From: Acidobacteriota bacterium
GTDB taxonomy: Bacteria > Acidobacteriota > Thermoanaerobaculia > Multivoradales > JAHEKO01
Assembly (NCBI GenBank): GCA_030597375.1
Contig: JAUVRX010000001.1
Coordinates: 1 to 52,817, forward strand
Reading direction: 5' to 3'
DNA length: 52,817 bases
In this document: piece by piece, positions 38,321 through 49,900 of the stretch
How positions within the stretch are numbered: position 1 is the first letter of the stretch
How the letters are laid out: the number at the start of each line of letters is the position of its first letter
The notes under the pieces: model-generated
What the model was told of the DNA's origin: nothing
Seen by the model: the letters and a program-made list of their open reading frames with translations, nothing else
Database searches by the model: none
Program-made: the position numbers and the translations under genes

Positions 38321-38472
38321 CTCCTCTGGAGCGTACCCCAACGTCACCTCGGCGACCAGGGTGAATCGGATCCTTCGAGAATCACCGAAACTCTCAGGCC
38401 ACTCTCCACGTAGCTCCAATGGAAGAGGGTCGTTTTTCGTCCGCGGATCGGCATCGATTTGGGAGGAGTCCT

Positions 38473-39585
38473 ATGGCGAGGTTGTTCAAGATCCTTGTCG
38501 CTTTTCTGATCGTGGCTGCAGCTGTGATCGGAGCCTATTTCTGGTTTCAGGGGCGCACGGGGGGAAAAGAGACCTTCAAGTTGGTCCAGGTCGAGCGCGG
38601 CTCCATCACCGAGAAGGCGATCGCCGTCGGGCAGATCGAGCCTCGCCTCGAGTTCGAAGTCAAATCGAAGATCTCCGGGATTGTCAAGCGCTGCGCGGTC
38701 GAAGTAGGGGATCGTGTCGAGCCGGGAGACCCGCTCTTCGAGATCGTCCCCGACCCCACACCTTTCGAGCTCGTCGAAGCGCACCGCCGGGTCGATGCAG
38801 CACAATCGGCCTACAATCGCGCGCAGTCCGATTGGAATCGCTCGAGCAAGCTCGCCCGCCAGGGCATTATCGCGACCGAAGAAGAGGATGCCCGACGAGA
38901 ATCCTTCGAGCTCGCCAAGATCGAGCTGGCCACGGCACAGGACAACCTCGAGCTCACTCGCGAAGGTCGCATCGCGGGCCGCGGTCGGCAGATGGAGTCG
39001 ATCATCAGGGCGCCGGCGGCCGGTATCGTCCTGCAGCGAGAGGTCGATCCCGGGGACCCGGTCGTCCCACTGACAACTTTTCAGGCTGGAACGGTCATGG
39101 CCACCGTGGCAGATATGACCGACCTTCTCTTCAGGGGAACCGTCGACGAGATCGACGTCGGCAAACTGCAGGTTGGGGTACCGGCACGGCTCAACATCGG
39201 TGCCCTGCCGGGACATCCGGTGACTGGATACCTGAGTCGTATTGCGCCGCAGGCCAGAGAGGAGGAGGGCGCCCGCCTGTTCGAGGTCGAAATCGAGCTT
39301 CACGAGATGGAGAACGCCGACATCATTCTGCGCGCCGGCTATTCATCGACAGCAGATCTGATCATCCGAGAAAAGACAGATATCCTGATCGCGCCCGAGA
39401 GATTGCTCCTCTTCGAGGACGACCGTGCCAAGACCTTCGTGGAGCTGCCTCCGGAGACCCCGGAGGGCGAGCCTCGGAAAGTGGAGATCCAGACGGGGCT
39501 CTCCGATGGGTTGAACATCGAAGTGACCGAGGGGCTCGAGGAGGGTGACGAGTTGGTCGAACGACCACCGCGAGAGATTTTCTAG
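38473..39585 (+). CDS. Efflux periplasmic adaptor subunit (HlyD/MacA family)
   Basis: ORF trimmed to ATG 38473 (GGGAGGAG upstream). N-terminal anchor helix, coiled-coil hairpin, barrel-sandwich and beta-barrel segments (ISGIVKRCAVEVGDRVEPGDPLFEI, IIRAPAAGIVLQREVDPGDPV). Confidence 0.85.
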   Translation: MARLFKILVAFLIVAAAVIGAYFWFQGRTGGKETFKLVQVERGSITEKAIAVGQIEPRLEFEVKSKISGIVKRCAVEVGDRVEPGDPLFEIVPDPTPFELVEAHRRVDAAQSAYNRAQSDWNRSSKLARQGIIATEEEDARRESFELAKIELATAQDNLELTREGRIAGRGRQMESIIRAPAAGIVLQREVDPGDPVVPLTTFQAGTVMATVADMTDLLFRGTVDEIDVGKLQVGVPARLNIGALPGHPVTGYLSRIAPQAREEEGARLFEVEIELHEMENADIILRAGYSSTADLIIREKTDILIAPERLLLFEDDRAKTFVELPPETPEGEPRKVEIQTGLSDGLNIEVTEGLEEGDELVERPPREIF

Positions 39586-39590
39586 AACCC

Positions 39591-40823
39591 ATGACCTTCG
39601 TTCTCAATCCACTCCGCCAGCTTTGGCGCGACCTACGAACCCAGAAGCTTCGAACGTTCCTGACGACGCTCGGCATCGTCTGGGGAACGGTAGCGGTGAC
39701 ACTTCTCCTGTCGTTCGGCCAGGCGATGCATCGACAGATGCTCAAGAATGTCCTGGGACTCGGCAACGCCATCGTCATCTCGTTTCCGGCTATGACTTCG
39801 AAGCCCTTCGAAGGGCTCGGCAAGGGGCGTCCGATCCGGGTCACGGAAGACGATATCGAGTTGATTCGGAAGCGGGCGACACTGGTTGACGCAATTTCGA
39901 GCGAGTACTCCGAGACCCTGAAACTCAAAATGGGAACCAGGACTATGGCGGTCGATGTCTCTGGCGTCAGTCCCGAGTTCGGCGAGATGCGGAACATGAT
40001 TCCACAGATCGGTGGACGCTTTCTCAACCCGATCGACGCAGCGCAAAAGCGACGCGTCGCGTTTCTCGGCGACGAACTGGCGGAGGATCTCTTCGGCGCG
40101 ACGGATCCGGTCGGCCAGATCTTTCGGCTCCACGGATCACCCTTCACGGTGATCGGCACGCTCGAGCCCAAGACGCAGGACTCTTCCTACAGCGGACGCG
40201 ACAAGGACAAAATCATGATCCCCGGTTCCACCTTCCGCGCCTTGACTGGGGAGAAGTACGTCACTCTCTTCATCTTCACATCCAAGGACGTCCAACATAC
40301 CAAGCAGACCACCGACGAGGTCCGTACCATCCTCGCCGGCAAGCTGCGATTCGACCCTACCGACAAGGAGGCACTCATGATCTGGGACACGACCGAGATG
40401 TTCCAGTTCATGGACTCCTTCATGTTCGCCTTCAAAGCCTTCCTCGGAATCGTCGGCTCCCTGACGCTGGTGGTCGGCGGCATCGGTGTCTCCAACATCA
40501 TGAGCGTAGTGGTCGAGGAACGGACCCCTGAGATAGGCGTCAAAATGGCCCTCGGGGCCCGGCCCCGGAGCATCCTGACTCAATTCCTGGCCGAAACGCT
40601 GATTATCACGGCCATCGGCGGCATCGTCGGGCTCATGATTACGATCGGCATCTGCGAAATCTGGCCCTCCGGCATGGAGGAGTACATGGGAATTCCGACG
40701 GTCGATACTCAAGTGGCACTCCTGACTTCGGCACTCCTCGGTCTCATCGGATTGGTCGCCGGCTTCTTCCCGGCGCAGAGCGCCGCCAATCTCGATCCGG
40801 TGGTAGCCATGAAAATGACCTGA
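39591..40823 (+). CDS. ABC transporter permease (MacB_PCD + FtsX)
   Basis: Typical MacB-type N-terminus LRTQKLRTFLTTLGIVWGTVAV, large periplasmic domain, C-terminal FtsX helices, ending PAQSAANLDPVVAMK. Confidence 0.88.
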   Translation: MTFVLNPLRQLWRDLRTQKLRTFLTTLGIVWGTVAVTLLLSFGQAMHRQMLKNVLGLGNAIVISFPAMTSKPFEGLGKGRPIRVTEDDIELIRKRATLVDAISSEYSETLKLKMGTRTMAVDVSGVSPEFGEMRNMIPQIGGRFLNPIDAAQKRRVAFLGDELAEDLFGATDPVGQIFRLHGSPFTVIGTLEPKTQDSSYSGRDKDKIMIPGSTFRALTGEKYVTLFIFTSKDVQHTKQTTDEVRTILAGKLRFDPTDKEALMIWDTTEMFQFMDSFMFAFKAFLGIVGSLTLVVGGIGVSNIMSVVVEERTPEIGVKMALGARPRSILTQFLAETLIITAIGGIVGLMITIGICEIWPSGMEEYMGIPTVDTQVALLTSALLGLIGLVAGFFPAQSAANLDPVVAMKMT

Positions 40824-40840
40824 GACAAGGACCCTTCGAC

Positions 40841-42097
40841 ATGGCTCGTCCTCGCTTCCTCGTGCTACAGCTCTTCCTCCGCTCTTCGCGGGTACAGAAG
40901 AAGAGGGCGATCCTGACGATCGCCGCCATTGCCTGGGGTACTCTGGCCCTGCTTCTACTCCTGGCTTTCGGTGAAGGGCTTGGCCTGTCGCTCGGCAAGG
41001 CCTGGGCCGGTATGGGAACCGACATCGCGGTAATCTGGCCTGGAGAGACAACCGTTCCCTGGAAGGGACTGCCTGCCGGGCGCGCGATCCGTCCTCGCAT
41101 CGATGACATTCGAGCCCTCAAGGAGCGAGTCCCGGGATTGGTCGGCGTCAGCGGTGAGATCATTCGATGGGGTACCAACTTCACTCACGGCGACACTACT
41201 GTCAACGGGCCGGTCAAGGGGGTGAGCACTGTCTGGGGCCAGCTGCGAAACCAGATCCCGGTCGCCGGTGGGCGCTTCCTCAATCCGCTCGATGATGCCC
41301 AGCGCAGGCGGGTCGTATTTCTGGGCACTGATCTCGCCACGGAGCTCTTTGGCGAAGAGGATCCTATCGGCGAGAGCATATTGATCGACAAGGTTCCCTA
41401 CACGGTCATCGGTGTCCTGATTGACAAGATCATGTTCGGAAACTACAGCGGCATGGATGCTGACCACGCCATCATTCCGATCCGAACCCTCCACGCTCAG
41501 TACGGGAGTGACCGTCTGTCGGTCCTGGTACTCAAACCCGAGAATCGTTCTGGGATGAAGCAGGCGCTGTCTGAAGTCGCCCAGGTGCTGAGCGCCAAGT
41601 ATGGCTTCGACCCCGAGGATGATCGCGTCCTGGGTACCTGGGACACCGTCGAGACCGGCAAGATCCGCGACAATTTCCTGCTTGGCATCAAGCTGTTTCT
41701 GAGCATCATCGGGGTCCTCACCCTGACCGTCGGCGGCATCGGGGTCGCCAACATCATGTACGCCGTCGTCAAGGAGCGGACGCGGGAGATCGGCGTCAAG
41801 ATGGCCCTCGGCGCTCGCAGTCACTGGGTGACCGGTCCTATCGTTCTGGAGGGTCTCACCTACACGCTGCTGGGTGGGCTGACCGGGCTGGTCGTCGCCA
41901 CCATCCTCGTCTTTGTCCTGAGCCTGATCCCCACCGGTGACAGCATGGCTCTCGACGCCCTGGGCAAACCGACCCTCTCACCAGCTATCGCTGCGACCGC
42001 GGCTGGTGTGCTGGGCATCATCGGCCTCCTCGCCGGTTACTTCCCTGCCCGTCGAGCCGCCTCGGTGGAGCCGGCCGAGACCCTACGTTACGAGTGA
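40841..42097 (+). CDS. ABC transporter permease (MacB_PCD + FtsX), paralogue of the preceding gene
   Basis: Same architecture as the preceding permease. KKRAILTIAAIAWGTLAL...IGVKMALGAR...PARRAASVEPAETLRYE. Confidence 0.88.
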   Translation: MARPRFLVLQLFLRSSRVQKKRAILTIAAIAWGTLALLLLLAFGEGLGLSLGKAWAGMGTDIAVIWPGETTVPWKGLPAGRAIRPRIDDIRALKERVPGLVGVSGEIIRWGTNFTHGDTTVNGPVKGVSTVWGQLRNQIPVAGGRFLNPLDDAQRRRVVFLGTDLATELFGEEDPIGESILIDKVPYTVIGVLIDKIMFGNYSGMDADHAIIPIRTLHAQYGSDRLSVLVLKPENRSGMKQALSEVAQVLSAKYGFDPEDDRVLGTWDTVETGKIRDNFLLGIKLFLSIIGVLTLTVGGIGVANIMYAVVKERTREIGVKMALGARSHWVTGPIVLEGLTYTLLGGLTGLVVATILVFVLSLIPTGDSMALDALGKPTLSPAIAATAAGVLGIIGLLAGYFPARRAASVEPAETLRYE

Positions 42098-42840
42098 TCG
42101 TCATGAAACCACCACGGAGCATGCCGGCAAACGACACCATCATAGAGATGGAGGGGATACGAAAGGTCTACGACACCGGAAAGATCCAGGTCGAAGCGCT
42201 GCGCGGCATCGACCTGAACATTTCCCAGGGTGAGTTTGTCGCCATTGTGGGGCCGTCGGGATCTGGCAAATCGACCCTCATGAACCTGATTGGTTGCCTC
42301 GACACTCCCACCGCTGGCGTCTATCGTCTGAGTGGGCAGCTCGTGGCCGGTATGAAGAAAGACGAGCTGGCGACAATTCGCAATCGCAGGGTTGGCTTCA
42401 TCTTCCAGAACTTCAATCTACTACCACAGATTACAGCCTACGAGAACGTCGAGATGCCCCTGCTGTTCGGAGGTGTGCCTCGCCGCGAGAGGCGCAATCG
42501 CATTGAGGAATTGATGGAGCGCGTCGGCCTGAAGGATCGGATGGAGCACAAGCCGACCGAGCTCTCCGGAGGTCAGATGCAGCGGGTCGCCGTCGCCAGA
42601 GCTCTGGCGATGGACCCTGACATCCTGCTTGCCGACGAACCTACAGGCAACCTCGACACGTCCTCCGGTGGAGACATCATGGAGCTCTTTCATGAACTGT
42701 GGGAGCAGGGTGGCACCATGCTGGTCATCACGCACGATGCAGCCCTCGCGAGGCGGGCCGCACGTCAGGTCGAGATTCAGGATGGCCTCATCACCCGCAA
42801 CACCGTCGGCACAGGAGCAGGTCCCGCAGCCTCGGAATAG
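42094..42840 (+). CDS. ABC transporter ATP-binding protein (MacB/LolD-type)
   Basis: Walker A GPSGSGKST. Signature LSGGQMQRVAVARAL. Walker B LLADEPTGNLD. GTGA overlap with the permease stop (ATG 42103 is the alternative start). Confidence 0.93.
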   Translation: MIVMKPPRSMPANDTIIEMEGIRKVYDTGKIQVEALRGIDLNISQGEFVAIVGPSGSGKSTLMNLIGCLDTPTAGVYRLSGQLVAGMKKDELATIRNRRVGFIFQNFNLLPQITAYENVEMPLLFGGVPRRERRNRIEELMERVGLKDRMEHKPTELSGGQMQRVAVARALAMDPDILLADEPTGNLDTSSGGDIMELFHELWEQGGTMLVITHDAALARRAARQVEIQDGLITRNTVGTGAGPAASE

Positions 42841-42906
42841 ACCCGGCCACGAGGGGGTGGGTCAGGGGCCCCACTTGCCCGATGTTGAGATCTCTCTAGA
42901 TCCTGA

Positions 42907-44376
<1,470 letters not shown>

Positions 44377-44378
44377 CG

Positions 44379-47363
44379 ATGAAGGTTCGCCAGCAGCAAC
44401 AGGCTCGTCGTTTTCACGACCTGATGCCCTTCCGAATACGGGAGGTTCTGCTGGTTTCGTCACCGTTCGACGCCTTCATTCTGGAAGAAGACGGTCAGCT
44501 CACCGAGCAGGTGTTCTTCGAATACCGGGACGTGAGTCTCTCGGGTCCACCCCGAGTGACTCACGTGCCCACCGGTGAGCTGGCAATGCAGCGGCTCGCG
44601 GAGCACCGCTACGACCTCATTCTGGTCATGACCAGCCTTGCCGACATGGGCGCCAATGCCCTTGGTCGGCAGATCAAGGAGTTCCGGCCTGGACGCCCCG
44701 TGGTGCTGCTGGCATTGGATCGAAAAGAGTTGGATCGAGCCAAATCCACCATCGACCCCGAGGCCATCGATGGAGTCTTCCTCTGGTCCGGCGACTCCTC
44801 CATCCTGCTAGCCATCATCAAGTACTTCGAGGATCGGGAGAACGTCGATCACGACATCCAGTACGGCAATGTGCGCGTCATCCTCATGGTCGAGGACTCC
44901 CCTCGCTACTACTCGAGCCTTTTCGGAACCCTCTACAAGGAGCTCATGCGACAGTCGCACTCGCTGTACTCCGAGGGTGTCAACGAGCTGCACCGCCGCA
45001 TGTACATGCGGTCCCGACCCAAGATTCTCCACGCCAAGACCTACGAGGAGGGCCTGGCCCTCTTCCATCGCTACCAGCACAACATCATTGCCCTGGTCAG
45101 TGATGTCGAGATCCCGCGGGACGGAAAGCCCGACAAGGCAGGAGGTCTCGAGCTGGTCCGCCAGGTCAGGGCCTTCGACTCCGAGCTTCCGGTCCTGCTG
45201 GAATCGGCCGAGGAGAGCAACAAAGCCAAAGCGGAGGCCGTCAGAGCCACCTTCGTCCACAAGGGCTCTGAGAGCCTTCTGGCGGACATTCGAAACTTCT
45301 TTCGGCAGGAGTTGGGCTTCGGGGATTTCGTCTTTCGCACCGACGCGGACGGCGAGGAGGTCGCACGCGCTCACGATGTTCGTGAATTCGAAAGACAGTT
45401 GGCAGTCGTGCCGGAAGAGACTCTCGTCTACCACGCCTCGCACAATCACTTCTCCGTCTGGCTGATGGCACGCAGTGAGTTCGACCTCGCCGAGCGACTC
45501 CGCCCCCGGCAGATCTCGGATTTCGAGAATGTCGAGGGACTGCGTCAATACCTCATCGCTCAGCTGCGTGAGACGCGCCGTAGCTCCTATCAGGGTGTGA
45601 TCGCGGACTTCTCCCGCAAGACCTTCGATCGAGATGTCTTCTCCCGGATCGATCAAAGCTCGATCGGAGGTAAGGCCCGGGGCCTGGCCTTCCTGAATCT
45701 GACTCTCTCCAAGAGCTCTCCGGAAGACTTCGGCGGCATGGCGGTGCGCGTCCCCAAGACCACGGTCATTACGACGGACAAGTTCGACGATTTCGTGGAC
45801 CGCAACGAACTTCGGGAGTTCGCCTACAAGTGCGACGATGATCGAGAGCTGAGTGACCGCTTTCTGAGCGCCAGATTGTCGGACGAGCTGAGGAGCGATC
45901 TGACCTTCATCACCCATCACATCGATGGGCCCCTGGCCATCCGTTCATCGAGCCTGTTGGAGGACTCGATGCATCAGCCGATGTCCGGGATCTACTCCAC
46001 CCTGATGATCCCCAATCGGTCGCGAGATCCCGAAGAGCGCCTCCAGCAGATCTGCACCGCAGTGAAACTGGTCTACGCCTCCACCTACTTCCGCAACGCC
46101 AAGAGCTACCTCACCAGTACAGGGAATCGCGTCGAAGAAGAGAAGATGGGCGTCATCATCCAGAAGCTGGTTGGCCAGCGGCACGGTCACCGCTTCTACC
46201 CCCATTTCGCCGGCATAGCACAGTCCCACAACTTCTACCCGATCGGAGCGCAGCGAGCCGAAGAAGGAATCGTCCACGTGGCTCTGGGACTCGGGCGACT
46301 GGTAGTGGATGGCGGACTGGCCCTGCGGTTCAGCCCCATGCAGCCGGCAATCCTTCCCCAGTACGCCACACCCAAGTTGGCCCTCGATAGCACTCAACGG
46401 GAGTTCTACGCCGTCGACCTGGATTCGTCGTGCTGCGATGTGGATGCCATCCTCTACACCAATGTGAAGCCTTTTCCGCTGGAGGTCGCCGAGCAGGATG
46501 GAACTCTCCTGCCAGTGGGCAGCGTCTACAGCGCCGATGATCAGACGATTCGAGACGACCTGAGCCTGCCCGGACCGAGACTGGTGAGCTTCAACAACAT
46601 CTTGAAACACAATGCGATCCCCCTGGCCCAGGCGCTCCGAAAGCTCCTGGACCTCGCCGAGGAAGGGCTTGGCTGCCCGGTCGAGATCGAGTTCGCCTGT
46701 GACATGGGGGACTGGGGCCGGCCAGGTGCTCCGGGCAAGGGTCGAGCACAACCTGTTCTCTACCTGCTGCAAGTGAGGCCGTTCGCTACTCGAACAGCCG
46801 GCAAGGAAGTCACACGGTTTCGCTTTACGACAGCCGAGACGCTCTGCAGATCCAAGAGAAGCCTCGGTCACGGTGTCGAGGACGGTGTCCGCGACGTGGT
46901 CTATGTCCGTCGAGACCGCTGGACAGCGGCCAACAACAAGAAAATCGCTGGCGAGATCGGCGAGATGAACCAGATGCTGGGTGAAGCCGGGCGACCCTAC
47001 CTCCTGGTCGGACCCGGGCGCTGGGGTACGGCAGATCCGTGGCTGGGAATCCCCGTCCAGTGGACGCAGATCTCCAACGTGCGTGCAATCATCGAAGCCT
47101 CGCCGAAGGGCTACGATGTCGAGCCCTCGCAGGGCACCCACTTCTTCCAGAACATCGTCTCACTGCGGGTCGGCTACCTCACCCTGCCCCCGGGGGCGGA
47201 CACCCCGGAGGATGGAGCGGAGTTCCTCGACTGGGATTGGCTCGATTCGCAGCCGGCCACCAGCGAGACCGATCACCTGCGCTACCTGCACCTGGAGCAG
47301 CCGCTCACCGTCGTGCTGAACGGACGTGAAGGTCGCGGTGTCATCGCCAAGCCCAAGAGCTAG
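44379..47363 (+). CDS. Receiver-like domains fused to a PEP/pyruvate-binding (PPDK_N ATP-grasp) domain protein, function unknown
   Basis: N-terminal REC-like folds (IREVLLVSSPFDAF..., VILMVEDSPRYYS...ALVSDVEIP). IGGKARGLAFLN ATP-grasp motif. No recognisable phospho-His swivel or PEP-binding barrel. ATG 44379 lies 2 nt after the gdhA stop. Confidence 0.78.
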   Translation: MKVRQQQQARRFHDLMPFRIREVLLVSSPFDAFILEEDGQLTEQVFFEYRDVSLSGPPRVTHVPTGELAMQRLAEHRYDLILVMTSLADMGANALGRQIKEFRPGRPVVLLALDRKELDRAKSTIDPEAIDGVFLWSGDSSILLAIIKYFEDRENVDHDIQYGNVRVILMVEDSPRYYSSLFGTLYKELMRQSHSLYSEGVNELHRRMYMRSRPKILHAKTYEEGLALFHRYQHNIIALVSDVEIPRDGKPDKAGGLELVRQVRAFDSELPVLLESAEESNKAKAEAVRATFVHKGSESLLADIRNFFRQELGFGDFVFRTDADGEEVARAHDVREFERQLAVVPEETLVYHASHNHFSVWLMARSEFDLAERLRPRQISDFENVEGLRQYLIAQLRETRRSSYQGVIADFSRKTFDRDVFSRIDQSSIGGKARGLAFLNLTLSKSSPEDFGGMAVRVPKTTVITTDKFDDFVDRNELREFAYKCDDDRELSDRFLSARLSDELRSDLTFITHHIDGPLAIRSSSLLEDSMHQPMSGIYSTLMIPNRSRDPEERLQQICTAVKLVYASTYFRNAKSYLTSTGNRVEEEKMGVIIQKLVGQRHGHRFYPHFAGIAQSHNFYPIGAQRAEEGIVHVALGLGRLVVDGGLALRFSPMQPAILPQYATPKLALDSTQREFYAVDLDSSCCDVDAILYTNVKPFPLEVAEQDGTLLPVGSVYSADDQTIRDDLSLPGPRLVSFNNILKHNAIPLAQALRKLLDLAEEGLGCPVEIEFACDMGDWGRPGAPGKGRAQPVLYLLQVRPFATRTAGKEVTRFRFTTAETLCRSKRSLGHGVEDGVRDVVYVRRDRWTAANNKKIAGEIGEMNQMLGEAGRPYLLVGPGRWGTADPWLGIPVQWTQISNVRAIIEASPKGYDVEPSQGTHFFQNIVSLRVGYLTLPPGADTPEDGAEFLDWDWLDSQPATSETDHLRYLHLEQPLTVVLNGREGRGVIAKPKS

Positions 47364-47457
47364 CCCGACCTGCGGGCTTCTATCGAACCTCCGCCTCACA
47401 ACCGACGAGGAGACAGAGTAGGTCTCCACTCGGGATCGTTCGAGGATTGGGCTGGCG
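47362..47457 (+). repeat. Intergenic repeat element, copy B (hairpin AGCCC-N7-GGGCT, then the conserved core with GGAGAC-N7-GTCTCC)
   Basis: Core 47393-47434 GCCTCACAACCGACGAGGAGACAGAGTAGGTCTCCACTCGGG. Same orientation as copy A and same position just 3' of a + strand gene. Confidence 0.6.
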
Positions 47458-47517
47458 TCCAACAGACCTCGACTCGGACGTGACGATGTCACGCTAGAGG
47501 AGCTACCTAGACTCGAT

Positions 47518-48105
47518 TCAAGCCGATGTGGTGAGCAGCCGTTCGAACTGCTCCTTCGAGAAAGCCTCGACCTCCGTATGCAGAGAGCCACCATGGGCAT
47601 CCATGGTCACCATGACCGGAAACTTCTCGACCTGAATGACCCAGAGGGCCTCGGGCACGCCGAACTCCTCCAACATGAAGACCCGCTCGACTTTCTTCAC
47701 GGCCTGGGCCAGGACCTGCGCCGCCCCTCCGACGGCATGCAGGTAGAGGGCCCCACTCCTCCTCAGACCTTCGAGGGTCTCGAGACCCATACCACCTTTG
47801 CTGATCACTCCACGCAAGCCGTATCTCTCGATCACTTCGGCCTGATAGGGCTCCTCCCTGATCGAGGTCGTGGGCCCTGCTGCTACGAACTCGTAGGTCT
47901 CGTCCTCCAGCTGCCGGACAACCGGACCACAGTGGTAGATGACCGATCCTTCCAGGAAGGGGGCCACCTCTTGCCGGGTATCCTCCAACAGCCACTGGTG
48001 AGCGGCGTCGCGGCCCGTGATCATTCGACCCGTCAACTCGACACTGGCACCGACCTTCAGGTCCCGCACTGTCTTCTCGTCCATGGGTAACTTCAGTTCA
48101 ACCAT
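47518..48105 (-). CDS. Class I (Fe-S) fumarate hydratase / tartrate dehydratase, beta subunit
   Basis: LTGRMITGRDAAHQWL and GPTTSIREEPY motifs typical of Fe-S hydro-lyase beta subunits. Overlaps the alpha subunit gene by 13 nt. Confidence 0.85.
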   Translation of the reverse strand: MVELKLPMDEKTVRDLKVGASVELTGRMITGRDAAHQWLLEDTRQEVAPFLEGSVIYHCGPVVRQLEDETYEFVAAGPTTSIREEPYQAEVIERYGLRGVISKGGMGLETLEGLRRSGALYLHAVGGAAQVLAQAVKKVERVFMLEEFGVPEALWVIQVEKFPVMVTMDAHGGSLHTEVEAFSKEQFERLLTTSA

Positions 48106-48977
48106 GTCACCGCTCCTTCCTGGTCGAGACTGACGGCAGCACGGCGGTCAGCCCAGCACATGTAGCTCACGGTCACGAAGTAGGAAGCCGGCAACCGGTC
48201 CAGAACGCCGACCTTCACTCCCAGGACCGTTGTGCGGCCCCCGAAACCCATCGGCCCGATACCCAGTTCGTTGGCCTCCTTCAGCAATCGCTCCTCCAGC
48301 TCGGCGAGCTCCAGGATGGGATTGGTGTCCGGCAGGGGGCGCAAGAGCTGGCATTTGGACTCCGAGAACCCCGACACCCGGTCACCCCCGAGGCAGACGC
48401 CCAGGACCCCTGGAGCACAACCCTTCCCCTGAGCCTCGACCACGGCATCCAGAACAACTCTACGGACACCCTCCAGATTGCGGCCCGCCTGGAGGCGGGT
48501 GTCGGGTAGCTTGTATTGGGTGCCGACGTTCTCGCAGCCTCCGCCCTTCAGGATCAGCCGCACTTCGACCTTGGGCTCTTCCCATTCTTCGAAGTGCAGG
48601 AAGGGTATAGCCCTGCCGGAGCCATCACCGGTGTTCTTGCCTGTCAGCGTATCGACGGCATTCGGTCGGAGAAAGGTCTTGGCGGTGGCCTCCTTCACCG
48701 CCTCCTGCATGGCCTCCTCGAGCAGGCGAGTGCCGGTGCCTACGGGATAGCGCACCCAGGCCACCGGGGTGCCGGTGTCCTGGCAGATCGGGGCCGACTT
48801 CTGGCGTGCCAGGTCGACATTGTCCAGGATTGTGTCCAGAGCCCGCCGAGCCAGGCTGTCATCCACTTCTCGCTCTCGCCCCTCCTCCAATGCCTGCACG
48901 ACATCGGGCGGCAGTTCGGTCGAGGCCCGGCGTATCAGCTCCACAAAGGTGTCCACGTATTGCTCCTTCGTCAGCAT
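48093..48977 (-). CDS. Class I (Fe-S) fumarate hydratase / tartrate dehydratase, alpha subunit
   Basis: ORF trimmed to ATG 48977 (AAGGAG upstream). SAPICQDTGTPV, ILKGGGCENV motifs. Confidence 0.88.
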   Translation of the reverse strand: MLTKEQYVDTFVELIRRASTELPPDVVQALEEGREREVDDSLARRALDTILDNVDLARQKSAPICQDTGTPVAWVRYPVGTGTRLLEEAMQEAVKEATAKTFLRPNAVDTLTGKNTGDGSGRAIPFLHFEEWEEPKVEVRLILKGGGCENVGTQYKLPDTRLQAGRNLEGVRRVVLDAVVEAQGKGCAPGVLGVCLGGDRVSGFSESKCQLLRPLPDTNPILELAELEERLLKEANELGIGPMGFGGRTTVLGVKVGVLDRLPASYFVTVSYMCWADRRAAVSLDQEGAVTWLN

Positions 48978-49139
48978 AGGCTGCTCCTTCGATGCGGGTC
49001 GGCACCGACTCGACCCAGTTGGGTCCGAGACGTCCGATCCCTGGATATCCCAGGTTTCCATTTGCGGGGTCCGACACGCGAGGGAACTCCCCGCCCTGTT
49101 CATCCCTATGTTCTCAGGCCGTGAATCGCCTTTGAACAC

Positions 49140-49172
49140 CTCACTGGGTGGGCTGACTCCCCACCCCGTGAG
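49140..49172 (-). terminator. Terminator-like hairpin downstream of the hemerythrin-like gene
   Basis: CTCAC-T-GGGTGGG / loop CTGACTC / CCCACCC-C-GTGAG gives 12 bp with one mismatch. Only a weak U-run follows on the minus-strand RNA. Confidence 0.4.
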
Positions 49173-49210
49173 ACTGGCAGGGACTCCGTTATTCAGCCCA
49201 TGGCACCGAT

Positions 49211-49684
49211 TCAGTCCCCGGCACCCTGGTCTCGATACTCGAGGCGCTGAAACAGGTCGGTCTCTTCCTGCTCATGATGATGCAGAGTGTCCAGCAGCGA
49301 CAGGGTCCGTTGCCGAAGCTTCGGATCCTCGGGCAATTCACCCTCGGAGTAGGTCAGCGCATCCGTCATGATCGACCTCAGGTCGCGAAGCATGATGGGA
49401 TGCTGCCCAATGACTGCCTCCAGCCTGGACAGGGCACGGGGATGACGTTCGACGACATCCTCCACCAGCCCCATGGACTCCTCGAAGCGAAAGTGGCGAA
49501 ACAGCTCGTCGTGCAGCTTCACCAGACGCATCGAGAGATCGGAGGCCCAGGTGTGGGCTCCCTTCTCGCCCGCCTCGGGCCTGGCGCCAGCCAGAACCTG
49601 TCGCAGATCGGCGCACATCACCCGGAGGCGCTTGTGCTCCTCGAGCACCTCTTCGATCCAGTCCTGCGTTACCACGGTCGTCAT
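49211..49684 (-). CDS. Hemerythrin-like (HHE cation-binding) domain protein
   Basis: ORF trimmed to ATG 49684 (GGGAGGGGGA upstream). H/E-rich helices EEHKRL, LHDELFRHFRFEE, LLDTLHHHEQEETDLF. Confidence 0.6.
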   Translation of the reverse strand: MTTVVTQDWIEEVLEEHKRLRVMCADLRQVLAGARPEAGEKGAHTWASDLSMRLVKLHDELFRHFRFEESMGLVEDVVERHPRALSRLEAVIGQHPIMLRDLRSIMTDALTYSEGELPEDPKLRQRTLSLLDTLHHHEQEETDLFQRLEYRDQGAGD

Positions 49685-49697
49685 GCGTTCCCCCTCC

Positions 49698-49877
49698 CTA
49701 TTCAGGATTCGATTGCCCCCCGGAGGCAAGACTGGCAGCAGCCTGTGGTGTCTCCAACCTGACGCTGTTGCTGCCACATCGTGGACAGCTGCGCTCCACC
49801 ACCTCTTTGGGGTCATGGTCCATCGGAAAGCGATGCTGACAGCGAAGGCAGTAGAACGTCTTGATCTGCTTCGCCAT
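49698..49877 (-). CDS. 59-aa zinc-ribbon protein
   Basis: ATG 49877 preceded by GAGGGAG. MAKQIKTFYCLRCQHRF...SCPRCGSNSV has two CxxC pairs. Embedded in a longer spurious ORF (49698..50360). Confidence 0.55.
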   Translation of the reverse strand: MAKQIKTFYCLRCQHRFPMDHDPKEVVERSCPRCGSNSVRLETPQAAASLASGGQSNPE

Positions 49878-49900
49878 GATGGACTCCCTCGTGTTCGTTC

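Noticed and set aside
44808-47141. 370-aa and 398-aa minus-strand ORFs antisense to the PEP-utilising gene
   Set aside because: Same reasoning as above: no recognisable domains and a biased composition. The sense strand carries an uninterrupted 994-aa protein with an ATP-grasp motif.
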